NCBI RefSeq assembly: GCF_036588685.1
Contig: NC_086374.1
Span: 90,396,001-90,460,000, forward strand
Direction of reading: 5' to 3'
Length of the DNA stretch: 64,000 nucleotides
DNA from: Mytilus trossulus
Taxonomy: Eukaryota
In this document: positions 1-11,540 of the stretch, one piece after another
Position numbering within the stretch: the first letter of the stretch is position 1
How the letters are laid out: every line of letters starts with the position of its first letter
The notes under the pieces: model-generated
What the model saw: only the letters and a program-made list of their open reading frames with translations
Database searches by the model: none
What the model was told of the DNA's origin: nothing
Translations under genes and position numbers: made by a program

Positions 1-246
1 AAATGTTCTTTCCAGCATAAAATGCACTGGCAGTGGATGTCCTCAACCAATCTCGGGTTCAATTGAAAAAGTTATAATCAACTGCTCTATCAATACACAT
101 CGCTATATGTCCGCCGATTACTAGATATCACACAGGTTCCCGTAAAATTTTACGTCTTTAAACAAACTCTCTGAAGCCACAATGGAAAAGTGATTGTTGT
201 ATGCGTCAAATGTTCAAGCAGCCAGGTCAGCCGGGATTAGCATTAA

Positions 247-847
247 GGGCATACAATACAGTTACAGGGAAGGTAATGATGTTGCTAACTTAATATGTTA
301 TTTTCGTGACGTCAAACTGTGACATATCAGGAAAAGATGCATTTTACGACTGATTTTTATCATTCAAACTGATTTAATTTAAAAACGAGTTCATGGTCCC
401 CTATTTTTCAAAACTGCAATTTGTTTCATTTTGCAAGACGATTATGTGACCCAAATTTTATAAAACTGTAAATATAGGAATTTTTTTTTATTTTGATAAA
501 CATGCAGCAAAAAATGATGTTTTTTCCGCAATTCATGAACATTTGATAAATATGAGTTATTTCTTTTTTAGGATACTTATAAAATACAGAAATAACGATT
601 ATTTAACAAAAAACAATTTGTGTTTATCTTTTACAACAAAACAGTTATGTCTTTCTTTCGAAAAAGAAATTATGGCCACAAATCTGAATTTTGAGCAAAT
701 ATTCAAAATTTCTACCTCATTTCTTAAAAAGAAGCACATGAAGGTATATTTTTTATTACATATTTGATTTAATCAGGTAAAAAATAGCCTATATATGCAA
801 ATATTCATGAACTTTTAAATACAGGATCAAAACTGTGTTGTATGCCC
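247..847. mobile_element. Non-autonomous DNA transposon with TTAA TSD (Kolobok-like)
   Basis: TTAA|GGGCATACAATACAGTT ... AACTGTGTTGTATGCCC|TTAA: 17-bp TIR with one mismatch, purine-purine terminus. Confidence 0.8.
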
Positions 848-1443
848 TTAAGGTGTATACACCCTATCACTGTTCCCTACTTCATCGCTTGACCAAAGAA
901 TCTGGCCCACTTGAATTTTGACGTCATACTTCAATCATTTTTTTCGCTTGTGGTGTCAAGAGATTTTCTTTAATCATGTTAATGATGCCAGAATTTTAAG
1001 GGAACTTTTGTGATACCCAGTAATGGTGGACAAATAGTGATAAGTGTATCCTCTATGGTTGTAATAGGGGATGAATTATATTTATAACTAATTTATTTTG
1101 CCAAATGACATAAATGCAATAATTTGATAATTTAATGGTAAATTTTGGTGCATAACGATAAAAAATGGACTAAATTTGATGAATGAAGTTAAATTCTTTC
1201 GGAAAATTAGCGATGACAGCAATTTGACGAAAGAAGAACTTGTAATTCGTTTGGGAAATATTGATGACGGCAATTTGATGTAAACATACATTTTTAAAAA
1301 GAAGATGTGGTATGATGCCAATGACACAACTGTCCACAAGAGACCAAAATGACACAGACAATAACACATTAACAACTATAGGTCACTGTACATTGTATGT
1401 TACAATATTTAGTTCATTTCTCATCAGGTTAAAGGCTACCAAT

Positions 1444-4400
1444 ATGGCTGCCGGGGGTATGGAGCCAATGGACTTAGAAGGAAACTCCTCCCCTACTGAT
1501 GAACAGGACAGCAAATATGGCTGCCTTGCTAATTTTAAAATAGATAAAAAGATAGGAAAGGGACAGTTTTCTGAAGTATATAGAGCTATTAATAAAATAG
1601 ATGGCAGTGTTGTAGCATTGAAGAAAGTTCAGGTAAATATTTATAAATTGTAGAACTGACACTCATTTCACAAAATATCTTTAAAAAAAAATACTTGTAC
1701 AATTCAGTCATACAATTTTTATACGAAAAGAGCCACTGGTGATTAAACTGTTTGTAGATTAGGAAATGAATACTGGGTTTAGGCCAAAGAGACAACAACC
1801 CATCCAAAAAGCCCAAAATTGTATTGATGTGAAGAGAAAAGCATGAAAATAAGAAAATGTGGAATGATTGCCAATGAGATAGCTATCCTGTGTCCAAAAG
1901 GTGTGGATGTAATCAAATATAGGTTACTGTACAAACCTTCAATAGTGAGCAGAATTATACAGTATGGTCGCTGTTAAAATCCTCAGCATGACAAAATATG
2001 AAACCATTGGCAATATCTAAGATTTGTGACAAACAATATACATGTACATGATTTACAGGAAAACATAAATTACAGACAGTAACAAACTACAACCAGCAGG
2101 TTTCTGACATTTATCTAATCAAGACTGACAGTTTATATCCCTTTCAAATTAATTCAATAAACATAAACACTGCATTTTAAACTAATAAATGAATGATTTT
2201 AAAATAAGTTACACATAATACTTCTTTGAGCATGTTTAATTTTAGTTATACTATAGGCAGACTGCATCATCAATTAATGAACTACATATTTTAGAATCCT
2301 AAATACAATTTGTTTTCAATTTATATGATAATGTTGAAGTGTGATTGTACTGTTACAGTTTCTATGTACAATGTACATATATAAATTCAGAATTTACAGT
2401 AAAACCTTTATGTTTTAGATATTTGAAATGATGGACGCCAAAGCCAGACAGGACTGTATAAAGGAAATAGGTCTTTTAAAGGTAACATCAGTTTGATTCT
2501 GTATGTGAAATAACGGAAATGTGAGAAATATTTCATTTGGACATTAATAGTATACAAATAACCTAAAGTTTGCATTCCTGTTCTGTTATTGTTTTGACAT
2601 TCAACCAGTGATTTTGCTAGCGCTTGTCTCTTTCGTATTTTACGAAAAGGTTTTCGAAATGACGAAAATATTTCATATCAATTTCGTCACTTAAATTTGG
2701 AAAGTGTAAAATTATTTACACATCAAAATACTAGAATTCTACCTGTCTTTATGTTTCTGACAAGTTTATGACCCTCAGGTAATTAACGTTTACCAAAGGT
2801 TTTAAAAGTTTCGATGACATGTAATCCGCCTATCGCCAATCAGATGGGTCACTAATCCCTTAATTATTATTATAAAACCTCATAAATGACCATCATAATA
2901 ATTTATTTAAGTTAAATCAAACAGTCAGCATTTCATTTTAATCATTTCTCACAATTCTGTCGTATTTTCGTCATTTGAACAAAATTGATAATCTCCCAGG
3001 ACATTTCAACTTTATTTTAATTTCAATATTTCCCTTACGATCATAATTTGCAGTTTGCTTGTCGTAGTTTCGTCATATTAACGTATTTTCGTCATACTTT
3101 CTATAAATCTTCATCAAAAACTTTCGACAACTTTCATTAAAAAGAATGAACTTTATTCAAAACGTAAATATTATCACTTGTAAACAGGTGCTTCCTGTTC
3201 TATGTATTGCGCATGCGTAAAAGTTCGTAGATGAATCCGGTTTTATTCTGAAATTATTATTCAATTGTCACTTCCCGTTTTCATTTCATTTCGTTTAAAA
3301 ATCGAAAGTAAACGTGATCTACAGTCTACAATCATTAGAATCGTCACATTAAGTATAGATGCAGATCCTTCTATCCAATATTAAAGAAATTGAGACCAAA
3401 TAGATATTTAAACGTATTTTCAAGGATATAAATGATTGTGAAGTGAAAAAGTCGTTACAAGTTCATTTGTGCTGTGGTTTAAAAAATAGAGGCCTGACCC
3501 AACTTTTGTTGATCAGGGGTGTGCCCTGAAAATAACTGAAGTGAAGTTGTGAACCATATTACCAGATCTCTGTTCTTATCTTCATATCTTAGCATCACAT
3601 CAGTCAATTCATTCAATATTGCCAATAACTGCCTATATTAGCAATCCTAAAGTCTTCAAAGATCCTAGACTAGTCCTTTAAGGACTTGGACATATATGTA
3701 TAGCTAGTTTGATAATCATCCTAGACCCCTTGCTATTATAAAAAATAAGGCTGATTTTTATCACGCGCAAAAGTGACTAAAGCCCTCAAAATCCTAGCTG
3801 AAACCCTGCATTCAACTCAACTATTTATTAAACTAGCTATGGTAAAGGTATAAACAAAAATACTGAACTTCAAGGAATATTCAAAATGGATACTACTTTA
3901 TCAAATAATATCTTTATAGATTGTTCTTTAATGTCTTGGTAATGAAGTTTTACTTTATATAATGCATTGAAAATGGATTGCAATGTGATCTACATGTATG
4001 AATAATTTAATCTGTCTGTCTGTCTGACTGTCTGTCAACCATCTGTTTGTACGTCGGTTTGTCCATCAGTCTGGCAAATCAGTTTTCCACACTTCTTTTC
4101 ATCGTGCTTGAAGGTATATTGATTCGAATTATGGTATATATGGTTTTATAGTGACAAGTTACAGATCAAGTTCAAATTATGTTCTGGTCTGATGATTTTG
4201 AGCAGTTATGGTCCTTGTACTTAGAAATTCCCTCAAATAATCAGTTTTCCACACTTTATTTTGTCATGCTTGAAGAAATTGATTTGATAATTGGTATATA
4301 GTTTTATCATGACAAGGTATTTTCATTATCAGACACGCATTCATTATCATTGAACTAGTATATATTTGTTTAGGGGCAGCTGAAGGTTGCCTCCAGTTGC

Positions 4401-7400
4401 GTGAATTTCTCGCTACATTGAAGACCTGTTGGTGACCTTCTGCTGTTTTTTTTTTTCTATGGTCGGGTTGTTGTCTCTTTGACACATTCCCCATTTCCAT
4501 TCTCAATTTTACTACATGTTTATATTATTAAAATCGTCTTAACTTTTTTTTTCAGCAACTGAATCATCCAAATGTGATAAAGTACTTGTCTTCATTTATT
4601 GAAAACAATGAGTTGAATATTGTATTAGAATTGGCTGATGCTGGTGACCTGTCCAGAATGATTAAAGTAAGTTCCAGTAGAATAATGGTATTCATATTGT
4701 GTTAACATTGGCTGACATTGTTGATTTGTATAGAATAATCAAATTGAGTTCCAGTAGAATAAAGTTCTAAAGTTTTCAAAAGTATATTATTTTAGAATGT
4801 ACAATGTAACAAAGGATAAGAAAAGAAATTATAACTCGCACAACTTTGAATCATTTCGTCATTGTGTAATAATTAACACAAAGTGTTTGTAATGATTGCC
4901 ATAATAAATCAAATCTAAAGAAAATATACAAAATATTCTATAATTATTATATAGTTATGTATGAAAGACATTACAATTTGGCCACAATTACTTTCTTTTT
5001 ATAAAATAACAACCTATTAAGTTCTTTTTGGTCACATTTATAGATTTTGAATATACTATAATGTTTTTATAATTTTCAGCATTTTAAGAAACAGAACCGA
5101 TTAATTCCAGAGAAATCTATATGGAAATACTTTATACAGATCTGTAGTGCTTTAGAACATATGCATTCCAAGAGAATTATGCACAGAGGTCAGTTCATAA
5201 GGGATTCACACTGCATTTAAAAATACTATTGAAAGTATGTGCATCTGTTGTATACTGACAGATTTTTCATCAAACTAATATTTCACGGAATGCTCATCAA
5301 ATTAGTTTGGTACCCCAAAAAAAATGTGAATCTTATAATTATTAGAATCAAAATTACGATCAATTGTATTGATCTTTACTATGATTATCAATTTTCAGTG
5401 ATACTTTTAGGTGCAGTGTATATATAGATTCTACCACTCCCATCAATATGATACATTATAACTATTTGAGTATCTCAGGGTGCTATAAACAGTTTCGTAT
5501 AAAAAAACTAGGTGTTATTCCCCAACTAAAAATAACCATGGAGGGAAACCCCTGTTTATTTACTCAATTGGTGCAAAAGTATCATGTTTTTTGTGTTTGA
5601 TTGTAAAAATTAGTTAATTAGCTTTCAATTAAAACAGTTTGAATGATTGAAATAATTTTAAAAATTATATTAACTTTACATGTTTTGAGGGGAGACAACA
5701 CTGTAAACATCCTTTTTTTTGTGGCAGTGAAAATTGAAAACTTATTTGCAGCCATTGTAGCTCTTTTCGGAGCAGGAAACCGTATCCTGAAACAAGAATT
5801 TTTTGAAAGGCCAGGTAAAAACCTACAAATTTCATACAGTATTGATTATGAAAAATGTGCATGGATCATGTCTTCATGGCTGTGCACATGACCTGGTTTC
5901 AAGTTTTTTCTGTTAAAATTATACCTTTTTTCCCCCGTGTTCATTGGATGGAATTTTTTTAATAAATTAAAAGTACACATTACTTTTATTTCATTATAAA
6001 CTAGAGAACATTCTGACTCCAGTGATATCTAGTTTTATACAAGTATCTTTATTAATCAGTCCCCCACAAAGGGTCACTTATGCATGGTCCCTCAAAATGT
6101 GACGTCATAGAAAAATACTGTTGATTGCACCCTCAATAATAACAATTTGCATTCTGTGATTCTGATATCAAATGAATATATATTTGTGTGTAGCTTTACT
6201 CAGAATCACAATGATTCACTTCACATTATATATATAGTTGTTTTGAAAAATCGGAATAAAAAACACACACAATATTTTCTGAATTTTCAGTACTCACAGA
6301 ATATATGAAAGCAAATTTTGCAAACAAATCTTGATTCAATGTGAAATATGATTTAATGGAACAACAATTTTCTAGTCATCTGTTTATGTGTGAGGATAAT
6401 TGATCTCCACTGAACTTCATAAAGTAATAAAACATGTCACTAGTTTTTTTTTAAAGAAAACACTAGCATTGTACTTACCTCAAAATGATCTTTTTCAGAT
6501 ATAAAACCAGCTAATGTATTTATAACTGGTCAGGGTGTGGTCAAGTTGGGAGATCTTGGACTTGGAAGATTTTTTAGCTCAAAGACCACGGCAGCTCATT
6601 CCTTGGGTAAGAAAATTGTTTCAAATAATGTATATCAGTTTTATGTGATGAATTGAAAGTGTCAGTTAATGAAACTCATAGTTCATAGCACATGTCTTGT
6701 TCCTTAAGATTATAGTGCTTACATCTTTAAGCCATAGCTTTAAAAAACTTGGTTCTATATAAAAAAATAAGGTGATGCAGTATAATTGTTAGAGGGACAA
6801 ATATTCACCAAAGACTAAGTGATGAAGTTTGTCATCTTCGTAAAACTTAACATCCAGTGGCAAATATTTCATGCATGTCCAGGACAAGAACAAATTAAAA
6901 AATTAATAATAAATACAATATATAGTCGTGTAATAGATGCTGTCAGGGATGGAAATATGGACTGCCAATTAAAAATTAGGGTTTATTGGATAGGCAATAA
7001 AAAATAAATTGCAACAGGCCATTATTGGACCCTCAAAGATTTTTTTGCAAGGGTTCTGAAAATGCAGTTCATAGCACTCTATCTACACAAGCCATCAGAT
7101 TAAAGGTGACCAGACATGTCTGCTAACTTTAACATCTCTAACAGCCAATGGTCTCCCCACTTTAGCAAGGGTTTTACTACTGAAGAAGACAAAAGTGACC
7201 ATATTTCTATTCTCCATCACCCTTGGAGAAATTAAAGTTGAAAGTTAGAAAGTGAAGTATTCATACTTTTTTTTTAATTTATGACTTTGAATATAACTAT
7301 TAAGAAAATCCAGGTTCATTTGGCAGATGTTCTATAATAAAGAAAACTTACATGTACCAGCAAGAAAGTAGCTATCAAAAATACAATATAAACATTAAAA

Positions 7401-10121
7401 GGTGTAAAAACAATATATACTTGTAAAACATGAAAGGTAATGTATACAGATGTATACAGATGCTGTTATGTTGTACAGCTCAAAATTTTAATTTGAAAAT
7501 GTGTTTGGGTTAAACCAGTTAGAGAACACAAATCTCTAGCTTTACACATTTTGATCATATGTGTTAAGTAAAACACACAGTGTACATAGACAATTGATAA
7601 TGAGGTAGATTTATTTTGATTACAGTTGGTACCCCCTATTATATGTCTCCAGAGAGAATACATGAGACAGGTTATAACTTCAAGTCTGATATGTGGTCAC
7701 TTGGATGTTTACTCTACGAGGTAAGATTAAACTGAAGGAATAAAAATTATCATTCACCTGAAGTGATTTTGTTACTTACGTCATTTACAATCAGATTTTC
7801 AAATTGATCAAAGTAAAAAAAATATATTTGCACATAAAAAAAATCTACATATTTAGAACAAATTTAAGACTGACTCAAAGTAAATAAACTGTCATGACAG
7901 GTGTCACAATATGTTTTAATCATATTGTTTATATTTATTTTGTATGCTTCTGAAAAGCTTGAAAAGAATGCAGTTAACCTGGTTTTGCGTGTTATTAGGT
8001 CTATATAACAACTGCCCTAGATTTATGCTGTTTACCAACTAAATAAATCGGTGACTTAAGCCATCAGAATCCTTGCTTAAATCAATTAACCTACCTGTAT
8101 ATAATTTATTATGAAACACTCTGAAATTTTTCTTAAAATAGTATTTTAATGCCAAGACAACTCTATTCACAAACACTTTTTTTAAAAGTTAAAAATCGTA
8201 AACTAAATAATAAAGGGGCACTAGCTGTCAAATTCATGGTCACCGATATTTGATTCATAACAATGTAAAACATTTATCCAAACTATAAAAGTCTAAAATA
8301 AATAGTTTACAGAGCATGGGGTAGATAATATATAGATTCGTTTTCGTTTGTATTTTAGTCCAGACACTATTTAATTAACTATCGATTTGACCTCATATGA
8401 CCATATAAGCGATGTAAACATAAATAAAGATATGAATAGATTAAACCAACACATGCAATTAGATTTTTATAGGTCTGTTTGATTTTATATTATACGGTAG
8501 ATTAAAAATAAATGGTTCTCATTGCTTTTAACCGTATAAGAATGATTTTATGTGCATCGAATTAGTATTCAAATGATTTACCGTAGTTTCACTTTCACTG
8601 TTGAAATTCTTTTTCTTTAAATATCCAGTACACGTACAACATGTACAATCTCTAGCATGGGGTTAAATTGAAGTTCACATGAATACGGATTTAAAGAGGT
8701 CGACTCATTCACTTTCAAGTGAATTACTAATTATCAATGTTTCTTAGTGTAATTTGACAAAATTTAACCTTTTTGGCTGCAAAAAGCGAATTGTTATTTC
8801 ACTATTTCACTTTCATTATTGATTGAACGAAAAAAATCGAACTTTAGATTTTTTATATATCTCATAGCTAGTGCCCCTTTAAAAAGAAGATGTGATATGA
8901 TGATTGCAAATGAGACAACTCTCCAAAAGAGACCAAATGACACAGAAATTAACAATTATAGGTCACTATACAATTTTCAACAGTGAGCAATGTATATAAA
9001 TTATTAAATGTCAGCAAAACTAAGAACAATATCAGTTTATGTTTAACAGTTCATCTGAAGTGAGATTATGCAGAAAAACTCAGAAAGATCTTGTTTTGTT
9101 GATATCTGGAAAAAATATATATTGTTCTTTTTTAAGATGGCAGCTCTGCAGTCACCTTTCTATGGAGACAAGATGAATTTGTACTCTTTGTGCAAGAAAA
9201 TAGACCAATGTGATTATCCCCCCTTGCCATCTGATGTTTATAGTGATGAGGTGAGTTATTTTCCTTTATAGTTTATCTCCCTTTGACATTTTTTGTGTTT
9301 GCTATCCTGTGTTCAAGCCAGGATTTCATAAGGACAGAGTGCCAATCCTTGAAATTATAATATGAAGTATATTGGTTAGTCATAACAAAAAAAACAAAAA
9401 ATATCATCAATCTTTAGAAGTAGTGGAAACTGAAAAGAAAGGGTGCTGGCCAAGGAAAACTATATATATGTTAGATGTTTGTTTTAATTATGGAGAATTT
9501 TCACAAATTGCAAATGCATGTACCTGTCTATTGTTGTTGCGGCGAAAATACCAAATGGACATTCAAACTCATGATGAGATCATCAGTTGAAAAAAAAATG
9601 ATGCCATGGCTAAAAAAAAGAAGAAAAAATCCAACAGTACACAACATTTAAAACTACAGACTGACCAAAACAAACCCAAAAAATATCTAAACTTCAGTTC
9701 TGTCTGGGGTTTTATAGTGTCATTTGATTGCTGTCTCATTGTCATTTATTTCAAATGTTTTTATTTATGAGCACAAATACAAGTCAATATTTGTATAATT
9801 ACAGCTTAGAAATGCGGTAGCCTTATTTATTAACCCAATACCTCTGTATAATTACAGCTTAGAAATGTGGTAGCCTTATGCATTAACCCAATACCTGACC
9901 AGCGTCCAGACATTACATATGTATACAATGTGGCCCAGATGATGTATGACCATTACACACAGCCAGCATTGAATCCATCCCCCGTTGACCAACAACAATT
10001 ACAGTTACAACTTCAACAACAACAGCAGATACAACAACAACAACAGTTTCCACAGCAACAGTTACCACAGCAACAGTTGTCACAACAACAACAAATTGAA
10101 CAACAAAAACAAGTAGCTTAA
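1444..10121 (+). CDS. NEK7: NIMA-related Ser/Thr kinase, NEK6/NEK7 family, 8 coding exons, ~350 aa, with C-terminal polyQ tail
   Basis: Exons joined by hand with GT-AG sites and consistent phase: 1444-1632, 2419-2481, 4556-4666, 5080-5188, 6499-6606, 7626-7720, 9137-9250, 9858-10121. Motifs [45 protein letters not shown] (NEK6/7 variant of DFG), [18 protein letters not shown]. Probably co-orthologous to vertebrate NEK6 and NEK7. An acceptor AG at 1426-1427 implies a non-coding upstream exon. Confidence 0.96.
2606..3808. mobile_element. Non-autonomous hAT-like DNA transposon in NEK7 intron 2
   Basis: Exact 8-bp TSD CATTCAAC (2598-2605 and 3809-3816); imperfect TIR CAGTGATTTTGCTAG / CTAGCTGAAACCCTG; many subterminal TTTCGTCAT-like motifs. 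Confidence 0.8.
4604..4762 (+). repeat. Degenerate 77-bp tandem duplication of the NEK7 exon 3 end plus donor site
   Basis: 4681-4743 translates [21 protein letters not shown] versus the real [21 protein letters not shown]; both are followed by AGTTCCAGTAGAATAA; donor GT is TT in the copy. Confidence 0.85.
8214..8878. mobile_element. Non-autonomous DNA transposon at a TTAA-type site (Kolobok-like), NEK7 intron 6
   Basis: 13-bp TIR AGGGGCACTAGCT / AGCTAGTGCCCCT flanked by ATAA and TTAA. Confidence 0.75.
9792..9896 (+). repeat. 53-bp tandem duplication of the NEK7 last acceptor plus exon start
   Basis: TGTATAATTACAG|CTTAGAAATGYGGTAGCCTTAT..ATTAACCCAATACCT occurs twice; AG dinucleotides at 9803-9804 and 9856-9857. 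Confidence 0.92.
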
Positions 10122-10275
10122 GCAGATGTTTTTAACAGTCTCTGTGATATTTGGAGTGCATTATCTTTGATTGATATTGAGAACTTTGAAGGATGATTAA
10201 TTACAATAAGATTAAGAACTGAATGATATTTTTGAACGACAAAATGAAAAAGCATATGAACAATATTTGTTTTAC

Positions 10276-10487
10276 TACTGTGGATTCATTTATTTTCGTG
10301 GGTACCAATTTTTCGTGGATTAAGAAAAACTTGCATTTTGGTGGATATTTGATTTCGTGGTTTTGCTGAAGTCTGCATACAAACCTATAAAAATTTATCA
10401 TTCGTTGAACATTAAATTTTGTGGTTTAACTGTGCCCACGAAATCCACGAAAATTGGTATCCAACGAATAATAATGAATCCACAGTA
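10276..10487. mobile_element. Palindromic MITE with TA ends (Tc1/mariner-like) just 3' of the NEK7 stop
   Basis: TA|CTGTGGATTCATT ... AATGAATCCACAG|TA with long imperfect inverted arms; same family as 56981-57192. Confidence 0.8.
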
Positions 10488-11431
10488 TTTTAATAGGAGT
10501 TTAATGTGTTAGATACTTACTCTGTGTATCATTTCTGTTTTCTATTCAAATCAAAACCTGCTAAGGCTATTCAAATGTTTGTTTCTCAAATCCCCATATT
10601 TATTTTGTTGGTATTGGTTGGGAGTAGTTATTACTTAGCTATTGTATGCATGGTGTTCAAATTCACTGATGTTTGCCCCTTGGAAATCTTGTTGTTTCGC
10701 CTTGTGTTGCATTGAGATTTTTATAGTTAAGTGGGAAACTCTGTTCTAGAATACACATGAAAGCTGAAATAACTTTTCAGTCCTTTGTTAGGTTCCAGGG
10801 AAGTAACCCTATACTTACCTTTTTGGTTATACAGATTTTCAAAGTAGGTAAATTAAAAAGAAATGTTAAGAAAAATAATTATAGTAGTATTTATTCCAAA
10901 ATGTTTGATCTTTGGTATTGAGAAACAAACAGTTTTAACTAGTCTTAAGTTCTTTTTTTCATAAAAACCAAACAAGGGTTCAAAATTGAACATTTCTTTA
11001 ATCATAATAATTTTCTCATCAAACAAACAAAATCATGTCTCTTAAAAGTTTTGAAAAAAAGCCTTAGAACCATAGAAAGATTTATTTAGGAAGGAAGTAA
11101 GTCTTTGGAATATCAACATTTAGTAGCTTTCGTAATATTGTGATCTTAGTAAAATAGACAAAACTGTGATTTGTTGTAATTATGTTTTACGGTTGTAAAG
11201 TGTCATCTCAAAAAATCATTTGTGACCTTTGAACAATCCTAAAAATGTCCAAATGAATACACTGACAAATTCATATAAAAACATCTTGATCCATAAAACC
11301 TAGTTTGAATTCATATTCTAAAGGTTTTCTTAAATAGTAAATCTCTGGTCACACATGAGATTTTGAAATGATTTCAAATATAAATTTTAGAGGTTGTTGT
11401 TTTGCCAAAAGTTTGTGTCCTTCCCAATTAT

Positions 11432-11540
11432 TAGAATTTTAACCCACCCCCTTGAGTGTGATTGAATCTGTATCTCATTGTGAGTAGAATTTTATCCCCA
11501 CCACCTAGAGAGTGATTGAAACGGTATCTCATTGTGAGTG
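11432..11540. repeat. Two-copy ~54-bp tandem repeat
   Basis: AGAATTTTA.CCCACC...GTGATTGAA...GTATCTCATTGTGAGT occurs twice. Confidence 0.8.
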
